This document shows, in pieces, positions 47,904 through 59,221 of a stretch of 64,000 nucleotides of DNA. The notes beneath the pieces are model-generated. The model worked only from the letters and a program-made list of their open reading frames with translations, searched no databases and had not been told where the DNA came from. How positions within the stretch are numbered: position 1 is the first letter of the stretch; every line of letters begins with the position of its first letter. A program made the translations under genes and the position numbers. Location of the stretch: contig NW_027191407.1 in the NCBI RefSeq assembly GCF_041146345.1, positions 434,001 to 498,000 on the forward strand, written 5' to 3'. The stretch is from Neodothiora populina (lineage: Eukaryota).

Positions 47904-49209
47904 AGCGGCCTCAGACTTTAGGAATTGACTCCAAATAGTAGGACCATGATCAGAGCATCTTATATCCGACATCAATGTAAAGTTGCCAGGAACTATAACT
48001 ACACATACAGAGGGATTGAGCCGATGCAGGTTATGCGCATCAATCCTACGGGCGCGAAATCCTACGAAAGTCAGGAGCAATGCACAAGAAAGGCTAGCTT
48101 GAAGATGTATGCCTACAAGAACCCAAGGTACAAGAGGTAGCGCCCCGCCTCTGAAATCGTTCGTGGACCAACCAGAGCACAAAGCTATAGATCTCGCATG
48201 GATATCGTGGGGATTATATCCGACTGAATGCAGGTCATGATAGCTAGGACAGCTGATTGACGGAGGATTCCAAACATTTTATGGTCTTGACCCGAAAGAC
48301 GTGTTGGATACCAGTGTCCTGTGACCTTGGTGAGAGTGATATTGGCAGCAGTGCTGATCCATACCAAGTTCCACGCGTGGATTTGAGTCGCTCTCATACT
48401 TATCAGGCTGAATAGGATGTAGAGTATGCATGTTCTAAGTACAGTAATAATCACCTTGTCGAGATCACGGAAGCTGTGTCAGAAGGAAAGACATGACGAA
48501 GATGATAACATATAAACAAAGAATTATCTCTACAAAGTCCTGAGGTTGGCGCGAAAAATCACGCTTGGATGTGCTAAGATGCGAAAAAGAATCGGGCAAT
48601 GCTCGTCATTCGGCACCATCATCGCTGTGTTGGAGGAGCACAAAGATATCTGGGCGGGGATAAGATCAGTATGAGAGAAATCCATATCACCGACCATTTC
48701 CGCAGCTCGGAGCAGGAACGACCGACCAAGCGTCATTTATCATCACAGCAGCAGCTTCTCATGCATCACAAATTGCGTGCCGCATCGCTTCTGCATAGTC
48801 ATATATGAGATGCAATCAGCACGTCTTTTCAGTACATCATGGGGCTCTATATGGGGATGTAAGTTTTCACCGGTCATTTGTTCGGTCATACCTGTTGGGC
48901 GGTCCCGACCATGCTGAATATATTGCTCTGCAGCTTTCCGTCGCGCCTCCGCCTACAAGTACAAATTGATGTGCCAACCCCATCGAACCCACCGGATTAT
49001 GCCATATTGCCACTTGTGAACGGAGGCGACCCCGCATACGTGCATGTTCAATTAATACTTGATAAATAGCAGGGTTCGAGCCACTTACTCCTCATGTCCT
49101 TGACAATCCACCATGCGGCAGGTCTCACCCACGCAGTATGCAGTTTCAACTAGCTAGACACACTCAACCCCTCTTCAACATGTCCATGCAATTTTAGGGC
49201 AAAAGATGT

Positions 49210-50554
49210 CTAATAACCCAATACGCCCCTCATACGGCCTACCTCGGACAGTTCGGCAATGCTTAGTACTGGGTTCCTTGATTGTGCATCCACACGACCC
49301 GAATCGAGAAAGTCCCACAATGCAGTCAAACCCACCGCCGCTGTCAAACGTCAGCAAAGTACGAAGGCTTTGTAGCTTGACCATCAGCGCGAGGTATGAC
49401 GGACTGGTCGACTCACCAGTAAGGAATGAGAGAGCGTAAGACATGACAGTTGCCATGTAGGACGCATCGCCTCCTTCAACAATCCACACAATGCTCAAGG
49501 CTAGCAAGGCAACGAGAATAAACACGGCCACACTCATGACCCGAAACATACTGTAGTCCTCAATCAACTCGATGGCAATGTCTAGCCCTTTGTCACTGGT
49601 CTTTTGCTTATGCAGCCAGTAAACCCATTGCGTGTCGTTTTTTCCCACGTACATGAATGGATTCTCGAATGCCTTCATAAAAGTAGGGGAAAACAAGGCG
49701 TAATTCTGTTCTGCAGTGGCGAATATTCCATCGCCATACTAGATTCGTCGCTTGCAACATCAGTTTCTACTGTTCCATTGCGATGTCGTTTCGAATGTTT
49801 GATCCGAGCCAAAATACCTCACCTGTAAAAGGCGTGCAGTACTGACTGTCTTGAAGCTGAGAATCCGTCGAAATGGTCCTCGGAGGTTGTTCTTATACTT
49901 CCACCGCATGGCCAACATAAAATCCCGATCAGGTACATAAGTCATTTGTTTGATACGACTACTTGATATATTTAGATGTCGAAACCTGGGCTTCATTATT
50001 CGCACGCGTTGCGTCTGGAAGGCCTTTTTGCTGTTGCGGTAGAGGCATATGGTCAGGTAGTCTCTTATCCTGTCATCATGGTCACCGTTGACATGTGTTT
50101 GTGCAGCCAGTGCCAAGTCTTCAGATTTGCCATGAGCTTCGCTCCGTCTCACCACGGGTGGTAAAGCAGGAGAATAATCATCAGGCCGAGGTGGAGGAGA
50201 TGGCGGCGGCGACGGAGACACAGCGCCATGAACCCCAGAGAAAGGTCGACGACCGGGGCGCGCGCTATCGTATCCGTAGCTTACTCGTTCAGGTCTCGCA
50301 TGATGAATTTCTTCTTCGACGATTATTTCTTCCACATACTGCTGGTCGTGCTTTTTGGGTGGTCTATCGTATGTTGCTTCGACTGCGGGTTCTTCATATA
50401 TCCCAGAGTGCGGTCGCGGGCGAGATGGTCGGAATCTCGTCTCTGCCTCCGGGCCGTATGTAGCGTCGTGTCGGCTTTGTGATCTCCTCACTCGAGCCTC
50501 TGTGGACTGCTCTGACCGACGTTTGCCCCGCAAATATGAACTCGAGTAGTCCAT
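49210..50554 (-). CDS. Hypothetical protein with a disordered N-terminus and two C-terminal TM helices; exons 49823-50554, 49417-49738, 49210-49340
   Basis: Two canonical introns join the ORFs in frame; hydrophobic segments VMSVAVFILVALLALSIVWIV and YMATVMSYALSFLTAAVGLTALW. Confidence 0.7.
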
Positions 50555-51122
50555 GGCGAGCCTCGAGCAGTTTTTTGTTTCCTTACCTCAGCAACGCGAC
50601 AGACCTCATGAGAAGAAAATCTCGTATCATCGAGCAATCAAGAAGGTTATTGCGAGGGTGTATGTTGCTATTTGTACAGATGCAGATCAGGCGGGCTGCT
50701 GGCCGCTGCCGCTGCTGCTACTCATTGCCTACATGTAGGTAGGTGGCTGGCTTTAGCGTGGCTGCCTGACGCCTCCTAGTATATTACGCCTCCGAGAAGG
50801 TCGCTACGAACTCTTCGAGTCTATGCTGGGCTCAGGCCCGCCTATCAGATCATGCGAACACCGGATGACAATGTTTTAGATCGGTCTGGAGATACTCATA
50901 CACCTTCTATCTTACTAGGGCGGGCGCTGTGGGGGACATTTCGTAGATATTACATGTCGAGGGGGTGGTGCGCATCGTATAACGTGACTGGACGTAAAGG
51001 AGTGACAAGCACAGACTGAAGAAAAAGCAAAAAGGAAAGGCATGACTATGAAAATCAAACAACAGGGGGACCAAAACACACTCCTCCGACCCAGGTGCGC
51101 AAAAGAGCGTAACGACGAAGAA

Positions 51123-53858
51123 TCAAGCATTCTTCCTCGCCCATCCCTTCAAACACTTCCATCCACTCTGATTCGACCCTTCTTCGAGCACGCGCGAGAT
51201 CTGATCCATGACCTGCGCCTCGCTCTTGCCCATCTCCGCACCGAGCTTGAGCATCCATTCCTCCCACGCTTTGGAGCCCACGAGCCCAGTCATGGCTTGC
51301 ACGTCGGCGGTGCTGCCTGTCAGAGCGGGCTTGTAGAGCTCGACGGAGCCGTTGGGCCCGATGCTCTTCTCCACCTGGAAGAAGTTCATCGTGCCACTGC
51401 CTCGTTGAACGGGCTTGCGTGAAGTGGTAGTGGCTGGGGGAGGGGCATTGGGCCCGAGTGCATCACCGCCGTTGTTGCTCTTGCCTGCGTCGGTCCAGCG
51501 CGGTCGTACGTCGGCCATGGGGAGGACGTACCAGCCGCGGCGGATCATGTCGAAGCCTGCCTTGCGGAGGCGTGGAAGCAGGGAGGTGCTTGCGGTCGGG
51601 TCGTAGCCTCTTGTGCGGAGATTGAATGAGAACTCGACGCTCAGGGCGTGGCCGAGAGGACCGGGGTGAAGTAGCGACGCGTCGGTGGCGGCGAATTCGA
51701 GGTAGCCTCCGGGTTTGAGGATGCGGTGGATCTCGTTCAGGGCAATGTCCCACTCGTCTTCTCCGGCGGGCTGAGGGGAGAGGGGAGAAATGGGCGATTC
51801 GATAGGCATGGCGGCTCGGAGGAGCGTGTGTAGTGTTCGGGCAGATATAACGTCGAAATGACCGCCTGGGAAGGGTAGACTTGTTGGACTCGCTGAGGGT
51901 AAGATGCGGTGGTTGCTAGGCCCTTTGGCGGCCTTGTCTGCGCCTTTAGATTTCTGCGAGATTGGGACTGTATAGACAGTTGCATTGCGGTAATCCAGAG
52001 CGACTTGCCAGCCCCAGCCTCCGGCGACTTGACCACCGTAGTCAAGAATCTTGGGCTCGGGCAATGATTTGACGAGCTTGTCAACAGGACTACTCAACAG
52101 CTTGTCACCAGAAAGTCGCTTCTCTGCATCAATCGCCCACATTGATGGTTTGACCTGGTCAAGTGCTTGCCTCTCACGTTCGGCAGTCGCGATGATGATT
52201 TTTTGCGAGTCATCGTTGATCTGGGTGGGCAGCATGTTCGAGATGGGGCGAACAGGAGAGGGTCGGATGGGAGTAGAGATCTGATAATCCCCTTGCAACT
52301 GCTTGCAATGATTTGTAGTAAGGTGGCTGCGTTGGGTGTGAACGGCTTCCACCCGGGCTTGACGGTGGCGGAATGCGTCGCGTACAGCAGCGACCTTCGC
52401 GATGTGTTGGAAAGCATGATAGAAGACAGGATCGTTGATGAAGTTGGTGCCGCCTTCGCTGGAGCTCTTCTTCGCCTCTGCTAGTATCGCGTTTAAACCG
52501 TCAACAAATCGCACTGATTTCTTAGAGGGTGAGACTGTGTCAAAAATGGTTGCATTTCCTGTGGTGGGCGACGATAGCACGATGGGGGATTCCCCTCCCT
52601 CATCGGAGCCCTGAGTGTTCTGCAAGGCGCGCGACAAGTAGGACTCTTGTGCACGAAGCCAGAGCTTGGTACGGTCGGAGTGCTCGAGACCAATCTGCCT
52701 TAGTGCTTCCTCGTATACACTACGTTCCTGATACGACTGAGACGAATCGATAAGTTCGGTGACTTCTGTGTCTTCGGGCGGTGAAGCGATTAGCACTCTT
52801 GTAGAAGCTTGGCCCGGACGTCTGCGAAGGGAGTTCTGCCGACGCAGATTTGACACTGCCGCGTTGTCTGAGCTAGAAGTGATTCGCCATGGAACCCCGT
52901 AAAAGTCCTCAGCCACGCCTGTCGAGGGTTCCGGAGTCATTCTCCCCCATGTCTGGGCGGCAAAAGGGGCAAGGGAGGAGAAGAATCCGCCTGGAGACGG
53001 AATGCTAAGTGCTGACACAATTTCATCGGGATCAGGTGCGAGGTGTTGGGTATCGAGTAGTGCAAATTCAGGACGCAGCGGCGTATCTTTGACGATTTCT
53101 TGCATTTCTTGAACGGCATCGTCCGAGATTGTGATTACTGGGTCGTTGTTAATGTCATGTTCATTGTCTGAAGATGCCTCGAGTTGATGGAGGATCTCGA
53201 ATGCGTGTGGGTCAAGTTGCATTGGCTGGTCCCACACTTGATCGTCGGGATTCGAACCGGTCTCCAAGTCAGGGGTGGATGGACAACTGTGCGAGGACAG
53301 CTCCTCGGAGGTCAGACTTCCATCAAGCGAGGGTGCTGTACTCGCAGCAGGTGAGTGTGTGGATCTAGCATTGAAGGTAGCCAACGCAGTCGGGGTGATG
53401 GAAATGTTCATCGCTGGAGACAGGCCGACCGTGCAGGGGGATTTGGTTTGTTGCAGCTTCTGAATCGTTGGCCAAGCACTAGGTGATGGGATCACAAGGG
53501 AAGGATATCTGCTGCGATCCCTTGATACTCGAGCCTGTCGCTTGACCGAAGCCGATAGCTTGATTGGTACCTCTTCAACATCATCCTCGCTAACATCATA
53601 GAGGCTGTCGTAACTTGATCCTGATGAGCGATGACTCCACATCGAGGAAACGTCAGAGGTCTGGTCCGAGGCCGGAGTGAAGTTCGGTCCTCCATTTGGC
53701 AGCAAAGAACTACGATGGAGGGATGGAATCGTCAATTTCGTGCGAGAGGCATAAGATGGAAGATTGCTTTGAGGAGTATCTTCGATGAGTGTGAAGCGTG
53801 CCTCGTTTCGAAAAGGTCGAGTCGAGTCGTACATGGCATTGGACAAGTATTGTGCCAT
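51123..53858 (-). CDS. Fungal protein with a long disordered N-terminus and a C-terminal class I SAM-methyltransferase-like domain
   Basis: KILDYGG..WGWQVA, LPFPGGHFDVISARTLH, EIHRILKPGGYLEF, FSFNLRTRGYDP. Confidence 0.85.
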   Translation of the reverse strand: MAQYLSNAMYDSTRPFRNEARFTLIEDTPQSNLPSYASRTKLTIPSLHRSSLLPNGGPNFTPASDQTSDVSSMWSHRSSGSSYDSLYDVSEDDVEEVPIKLSASVKRQARVSRDRSRYPSLVIPSPSAWPTIQKLQQTKSPCTVGLSPAMNISITPTALATFNARSTHSPAASTAPSLDGSLTSEELSSHSCPSTPDLETGSNPDDQVWDQPMQLDPHAFEILHQLEASSDNEHDINNDPVITISDDAVQEMQEIVKDTPLRPEFALLDTQHLAPDPDEIVSALSIPSPGGFFSSLAPFAAQTWGRMTPEPSTGVAEDFYGVPWRITSSSDNAAVSNLRRQNSLRRRPGQASTRVLIASPPEDTEVTELIDSSQSYQERSVYEEALRQIGLEHSDRTKLWLRAQESYLSRALQNTQGSDEGGESPIVLSSPTTGNATIFDTVSPSKKSVRFVDGLNAILAEAKKSSSEGGTNFINDPVFYHAFQHIAKVAAVRDAFRHRQARVEAVHTQRSHLTTNHCKQLQGDYQISTPIRPSPVRPISNMLPTQINDDSQKIIIATAERERQALDQVKPSMWAIDAEKRLSGDKLLSSPVDKLVKSLPEPKILDYGGQVAGGWGWQVALDYRNATVYTVPISQKSKGADKAAKGPSNHRILPSASPTSLPFPGGHFDVISARTLHTLLRAAMPIESPISPLSPQPAGEDEWDIALNEIHRILKPGGYLEFAATDASLLHPGPLGHALSVEFSFNLRTRGYDPTASTSLLPRLRKAGFDMIRRGWYVLPMADVRPRWTDAGKSNNGGDALGPNAPPPATTTSRKPVQRGSGTMNFFQVEKSIGPNGSVELYKPALTGSTADVQAMTGLVGSKAWEEWMLKLGAEMGKSEAQVMDQISRVLEEGSNQSGWKCLKGWARKNA

Positions 53859-54884
53859 CGCTTCTACTTATAATTTTGCTTTTGTTGAGGGGCTTTTCTT
53901 GTTTTATATTGCAAAGTAAAAGTGTTCCAATCTGGAAGATTGTAACAATAGTTGTGAAAATCCGACCAGCGGTAGAGTTATTAAAATTATCTAAGATGAC
54001 AATTCTCGATCAACGAGAATAAACAAGGAAAAGGGACAAGCACAAATAAAGAGAGAGAGAGAGACGTAGACGGACGACAATTTCGAAAGTGCATGGAGGA
54101 GAAGACTTGGAGGTTTATGAGAAGGCTTCTAAGCGCCCTACCCAAAACAGTGCACCCACCGGAGGCGCTGCCACAGAAAAGACATTCTGACCTTGGAAGG
54201 GAGCATTCCGATTTAGGTCAGATCAAGCAGTCAAGATGGTGGACTGGTTGGCCTGCAATCTCAAAATGTGCAGCAAGCTGACGATTCAACAGGCTAGAAT
54301 CTGCAAGCATGCATGGTAGCGAGGAGTGGGCTCTTAGGTGGTTGGCCGATGGGACGGTCGCGTTGGAGCGCGTGCTGCAATGCAAGCGCTTACACAACGT
54401 GAGACCAATCAGGAGAGGTTCTGGTCGTGCTTCCAAATGCATCGCAGATGTCCGAATCCAATAGCCTCGAGGCAATATTGCTAATCCATGGCGATTCTCG
54501 AACATTAGAGCAGTCTCGCGCTCAGACAGGTGACGTACGAAGGTCTGTCATTTGGGATCGAGTCGATATGCGAGGAGGACGAAGGCGCTGCAACGTAATC
54601 ATACAAACCCACCATTCCCACAGGGCTACCTTGCCTTGTTACATCTGCTAGATGCAATAATGCGAGGCCACGGAGAATAGAAGCAGTGAGCGGGCGCTTA
54701 TATCAAAAGTGATGTGGTGGTGCGGAGCGGAGGGTTCCGGCGGCGGCGGGCGGTGACGTCTGATGTTTGGCGGGGCACCCTGTGTCCCTCACGCTACAAT
54801 CCAAACACAGGCCATTTTCTTGCACCGCCCTATTCATCCGACATCTGCAAAAGTCTTTTGTTACTACATTATTACCTGTCCAAA

Positions 54885-55821
54885 ATGGCTCCCCCTGCAA
54901 TTATTGCTCCTTCCATTCTCTCGGCTGACTTTGGTGCGCTGGGTAAAGCGTGCTCTGACACCATCGGACATGGCGCGGATTGGCTACATGTAGACATTAT
55001 GGACGGTCACTTTGTGCCCAACATGACTTTTGGTGCTCCGGTCGTTACTATGATCAGACCGCATGTTGAGAAGCCCAGTGAAGCAATGGGCAAAGGAACC
55101 TTCGACTGCCACATGATGATTGCTGAGGTAGGGACTTGTATTTATCTTTCGTTGTCGTAGACATTCTTCCCGGAGATGTTATCTCTGTGACGAACTTTGC
55201 TTGATAATGATGAATGAAGAAACTCTCGAATAATCATGCAGTGGACGCTGACCATCCCAGTAGCCCAAGAAATGGGTCAAGGACTTCAAAAAGGCCGGAT
55301 GCGATCTTTACTGCTTCCACTACGAGGCGGCCATTTCCTCGACGGCGGCAGAGGAACCTTCGGCTACTTCAGACGAGAAGACCAGCCCCAAGGACTTGAT
55401 CAAGTACATCCACGCGCAAGGGCTACGAGCCGGCATTGCCATCAAGCCCAAGACGCCGGCGAACGTCTTGTTCGAAGTGCTCGACAGCAAGAACCCCGAG
55501 GAAGTGCCCGATGTACGCCGCCAACATGTCCTCGTCTTGTCCCATAACTAACGTACCCACCAGATGGTCCTCGTCATGACAGTCGAGCCAGGCTTCGGCG
55601 GTCAGAAATTCATGCCGGACATGATGCCCAAGGTTCAAGAGCTGAGGAAGCGGTACCCAGAGCTAAATATCGAGGTGGACGGAGGTCTATCGGGAGCGAC
55701 CATCGACACAGCTGCAGACGCCGGCGCCAACGTCATCGTGGCAGGGTCGGCAGTGTTTGGCGCAAAGGACCCGTCAGAGGTCATCGCGAAGCTCAGAGAA
55801 GCTGTCGAGAGCAGACGGTAA
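54885..55821 (+). CDS. rpe1: Ribulose-phosphate 3-epimerase; exons 54885-55127, 55264-55512, 55564-55821
   Basis: [64 protein letters not shown]. Confidence 0.96.
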
Positions 55822-56568
55822 GACTTTGCTTCTGTTTTTGCCTGCAAAAGAAACAAATGGGCTGCATCGTCGTCGTTTCCAAGTTTCTGGGCTCATCAGT
55901 TCTATGCGACCAATAGTGTTGGTGGTAGCCGCCTGTGAGATGGAGGGGGATGGGCGCGAAACGTGGAAAGCACCCCACCTCTCGAGATAGATGGGAACCT
56001 CGACTCGATTCGCGACATGACATTCGAGCTTGGAATTTGCAAGAGCCTTGCGCAATTGGTTACAGGCGCTCATCGAAAGGTCCGAAAGATCAGAAAGTAG
56101 TCAGCAGACAGCATTTTGTCAGTATACTACTCAAAAGACCCCCACGTACCTTGTCCATCAAATAGGATAAATACAATCTTACCCTCTCACACGCACATGT
56201 ATCTCAATTAAAAGACAAGCAAAAAACATAAAAATCTGGATTCACGAAGGATGACCTATCTACCTATCTGAGTATTGGTGTACTAAACTAACTGTCCTGA
56301 TTGACTGATGCTTGACTTTGATGACGTCTCATTCGTGTTGGACCTTGACTGTCGTGTCGTTTGTCGTTCAATCTGTGTATCTCAAAGCAAAGTAAAATCA
56401 AAATGAAGGGAAAACGTGTATAGGAAAGAGGTGGAAGGAGCAGGGGGCGACCAGACTGATTTGCTTCCAATTCATTGACGGCGGTGAGGGTCATCAGTCG
56501 CCCTCTCTTTCACCGTCAGGAAACAAAACCCAGCCTCATCTCATCCCCCTTCCGTCACCGGACCCTCA

Positions 56569-58584
56569 TCAAAGTCCCAAGCAAGCTCCGCTGGCATTGC
56601 CCACAGCACAGGCGAATTCATCATAGCTGCCTCTTCCGACCTCGAGCAAAACCCTAGCTCCACAGCCGCATTTGCAGCCCTTGTTGTGCCTATTGAGACC
56701 CGTGATGACGCCGCTGACATGGTACAACAGGACTGGCTTCTCTTGCGAAAAGTGGTGACGAGTAGCGTAATGATCGGGTTTGCCAGGGATGTGGACATCA
56801 TCTGCGCTTTTTGGGGATGTACGTGCACCCAAAACAGCTGAGGACAACGACGAGCCTCTGGTGCTGATGTGAGCCGCTGCCAGCCATGTTATGGGTGGTT
56901 GGGACACCAGCATACGTAATGCCGAACACGGTTCTACAAAAGGGCAAGTGTGGCGGATTGCGTTGTACGAGATCGAAAGCACACGAGCCGCACTTGGATC
57001 GGTATTTTCGATGTTTGGTGGTGGGCAACCGCGGGTCGACATGATGCCGTTGTCCCTGAACATTATGATGGACCCAGCAAGAGCCTTTTCGACAGGATTG
57101 GGCACTTCGTTGGTTGTCAGCTCGTTGGGCTGGAAGTAGAGTCCCAGGGTGTTTTTGCGGTAGTCGAAAGTTGGGCTGAACTGATCGTAGTTCAGGGTCG
57201 AAGTCTTGAAGATTTTCGCCAGCAGGGGATTGAGTCTGGGCTGAGTGTTTGGGTCTTCATCCGGCTCCAGGAAGCAATGCTTCCGAACGCGGGACGAATT
57301 CTCGTACATCTCACGAGTCGCCTTGTTGAGTCGTTGGAGCAGTACAGCATCTTGAACGGGAAGATGGAGAAAAATCCTCTCGTTCAGGTCGTAGTTGTCG
57401 AAGACTGCCTCAGCGGAACGACCTGCGTCGGGATCCGAAGAGGTACTGCTACTGGGGAGCTCCGTCGAGGCGTTACGGGGAGCTATTCTGATACCAATAG
57501 GCATGATATGAAGTGGCTTGGGCCTCAAACTACGGGTTGGGGTGACCGGCACCCCCTCCGCAGGGGTGACGTTCATGGTGCGTGTTTTCTTGACACCACT
57601 GGCATGGTTTTGATGCGAATCGACCGCGTGGCAAGCGTCAAAGGTGGCCTCGAGCGCTGAGAACGCTTGACGTTGGAAGGGGTTGACGATTGCGTTCTCT
57701 GGGTGCTTCTGGTGACGAAAGTCATCATGGACAGCCTGGAGCTCAGGACGCTTCTGGTATGGAGCGATGCCATGATCAGCCTCAAACCTTGCTGGCTCGC
57801 GACTCTGGTAAATACGAAGGTCATTTCTGATCTCCGAGAGCTGCTGGTGAGGATGATCATGCTCTACGATCATGGAACTAGCGTTGCTAGACATTTCGAC
57901 AGTGGCGCCGGTTGCCCAACTCAACTGGGCCTCTCTGATGCCGAGAGTGCCATGTTCGTTGGACTGTTTGTGATGTCCATGATCTGCGCTTACCTGGCGC
58001 ATGAACGAATCGGCTTTGGCGTTGTCAGGGGCTTCGCGGTGCTGAGGAGATTCATGCGACAAGGCGGCATTGCGCTTGTTGCTAATGTAGCCGTTTCTCA
58101 AAATGTTCACGACTTTGGTGAGATGTTCCAAGAAAGTGGCTGTGTTCTTCTCCTGTTCTGAAAGGAGGCGGATCTCTTCTCTAGCAACGACTAGTTCTTG
58201 ACGCAAAGCGTTGATGAGAGCGTTTTCTTTTGGATGAAGAAGCTGTTCTTTGACATCACGCATCCCCTCTTCCAGGGCATTGATGCGAAGATTGACGTTG
58301 TCAGTGGGTTCCTCTTCCAAGGCATTGTCGGGAGGCATTGAGCCGTAGTGAATGTGAAGAACTTGATCTTCTACGACTGACTGAAGTCTGTATTCCAGCG
58401 GGCGCTGTTTTCTGCCACGGAAGATGTTGCTCGTCGTGATCGCTTCGTTCAGTTCCTTACCACATGTGAATGCATAAGAGGTTGCATCCGGATCAGAATT
58501 GGGATTGAAACATTTGTATTCGATTACCATCTTCACTTGAGAACCTGGTGGTCCGTGCGCATGGCACGGTAATGCTGGAAACAT
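56569..58584 (-). CDS. Hypothetical protein with a coiled coil and an internal F-box-like motif
   Basis: 671-codon ORF; AVFDNYDLNERIFLHLPVQDAVLLQRLNK..VRKHCFL, followed by LNPLL and MLVSQPP, as in fungal F-box-like families. Confidence 0.65.
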   Translation of the reverse strand: MFPALPCHAHGPPGSQVKMVIEYKCFNPNSDPDATSYAFTCGKELNEAITTSNIFRGRKQRPLEYRLQSVVEDQVLHIHYGSMPPDNALEEEPTDNVNLRINALEEGMRDVKEQLLHPKENALINALRQELVVAREEIRLLSEQEKNTATFLEHLTKVVNILRNGYISNKRNAALSHESPQHREAPDNAKADSFMRQVSADHGHHKQSNEHGTLGIREAQLSWATGATVEMSSNASSMIVEHDHPHQQLSEIRNDLRIYQSREPARFEADHGIAPYQKRPELQAVHDDFRHQKHPENAIVNPFQRQAFSALEATFDACHAVDSHQNHASGVKKTRTMNVTPAEGVPVTPTRSLRPKPLHIMPIGIRIAPRNASTELPSSSTSSDPDAGRSAEAVFDNYDLNERIFLHLPVQDAVLLQRLNKATREMYENSSRVRKHCFLEPDEDPNTQPRLNPLLAKIFKTSTLNYDQFSPTFDYRKNTLGLYFQPNELTTNEVPNPVEKALAGSIIMFRDNGIMSTRGCPPPNIENTDPSAARVLSISYNAIRHTCPFVEPCSALRMLVSQPPITWLAAAHISTRGSSLSSAVLGARTSPKSADDVHIPGKPDHYATRHHFSQEKPVLLYHVSGVITGLNRHNKGCKCGCGARVLLEVGRGSYDEFACAVGNASGACLGL

Positions 58585-59139
58585 GACTGGGCGGATAGCG
58601 TGGATGGAGCAAGGAGACTAGATAATCCGATATGAGCTAAAGGGAGCGCTAGGGGAAGAGATGGAAAGGGGAGGTGGAGTTGCGAGGTGGAGGAACATGT
58701 TGCGCGCATGTCGAACTGGCTGCCTAAGGCGGTCAATGCTCGTGGTGAGGAGACGAGAGAAACGGTATACACACTTTGCACCCTGCCTTTTTCACCCTAC
58801 CTCATCTAGAATGGGTACCAGGAATCGAGGTTTCAAGATAAAAATGAGACGAGAAGAAAGGCATGAGATATGGCAAAGGGGCAAAAAGAAAGACAAAGAA
58901 AAAGAGTTTCTCAAACCTCGAGCAAAACTTGCCCCCCTCATGGGGCAAGAAACCGATTGTACTGAGCCATGCTGATGTGTAGAAGCATCCCACAAGGTGG
59001 CCGGCAACCCACTCCTCAGTGAATGGTGCATGAGGTATAGAACTAGAGTCTGAGGCTTATCGAACATGTCCCTACTTGGACCATGTGAGGAAGCTTGCCG
59101 CTGCTCAAAGTGCGTTCTAGGTGACAGTCGAGACCGATG

Positions 59140-59221
59140 GGGCAAGCCGCGGCTCGAACCAGGAACCTCATGCCATACAACCAGGTTTTTCTAGGACGAT
59201 TGCCACTACACCAACAGAGCC
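59140..59221 (-). pseudogene. Degenerate tRNA-like element (A box and B box)
   Basis: Minus strand TGGTGTAGTGG ... GGTTCGAGCC at tRNA-like spacing; the acceptor and T stems do not pair. Confidence 0.3.

Noticed and set aside
55186..55251. C/D-box-like motifs (GTGACGA, ATGATGA, CTGA) in rpe1 intron 1
   Set aside because: The D box is simply the branch site, the span is short, and I found no rRNA complement.
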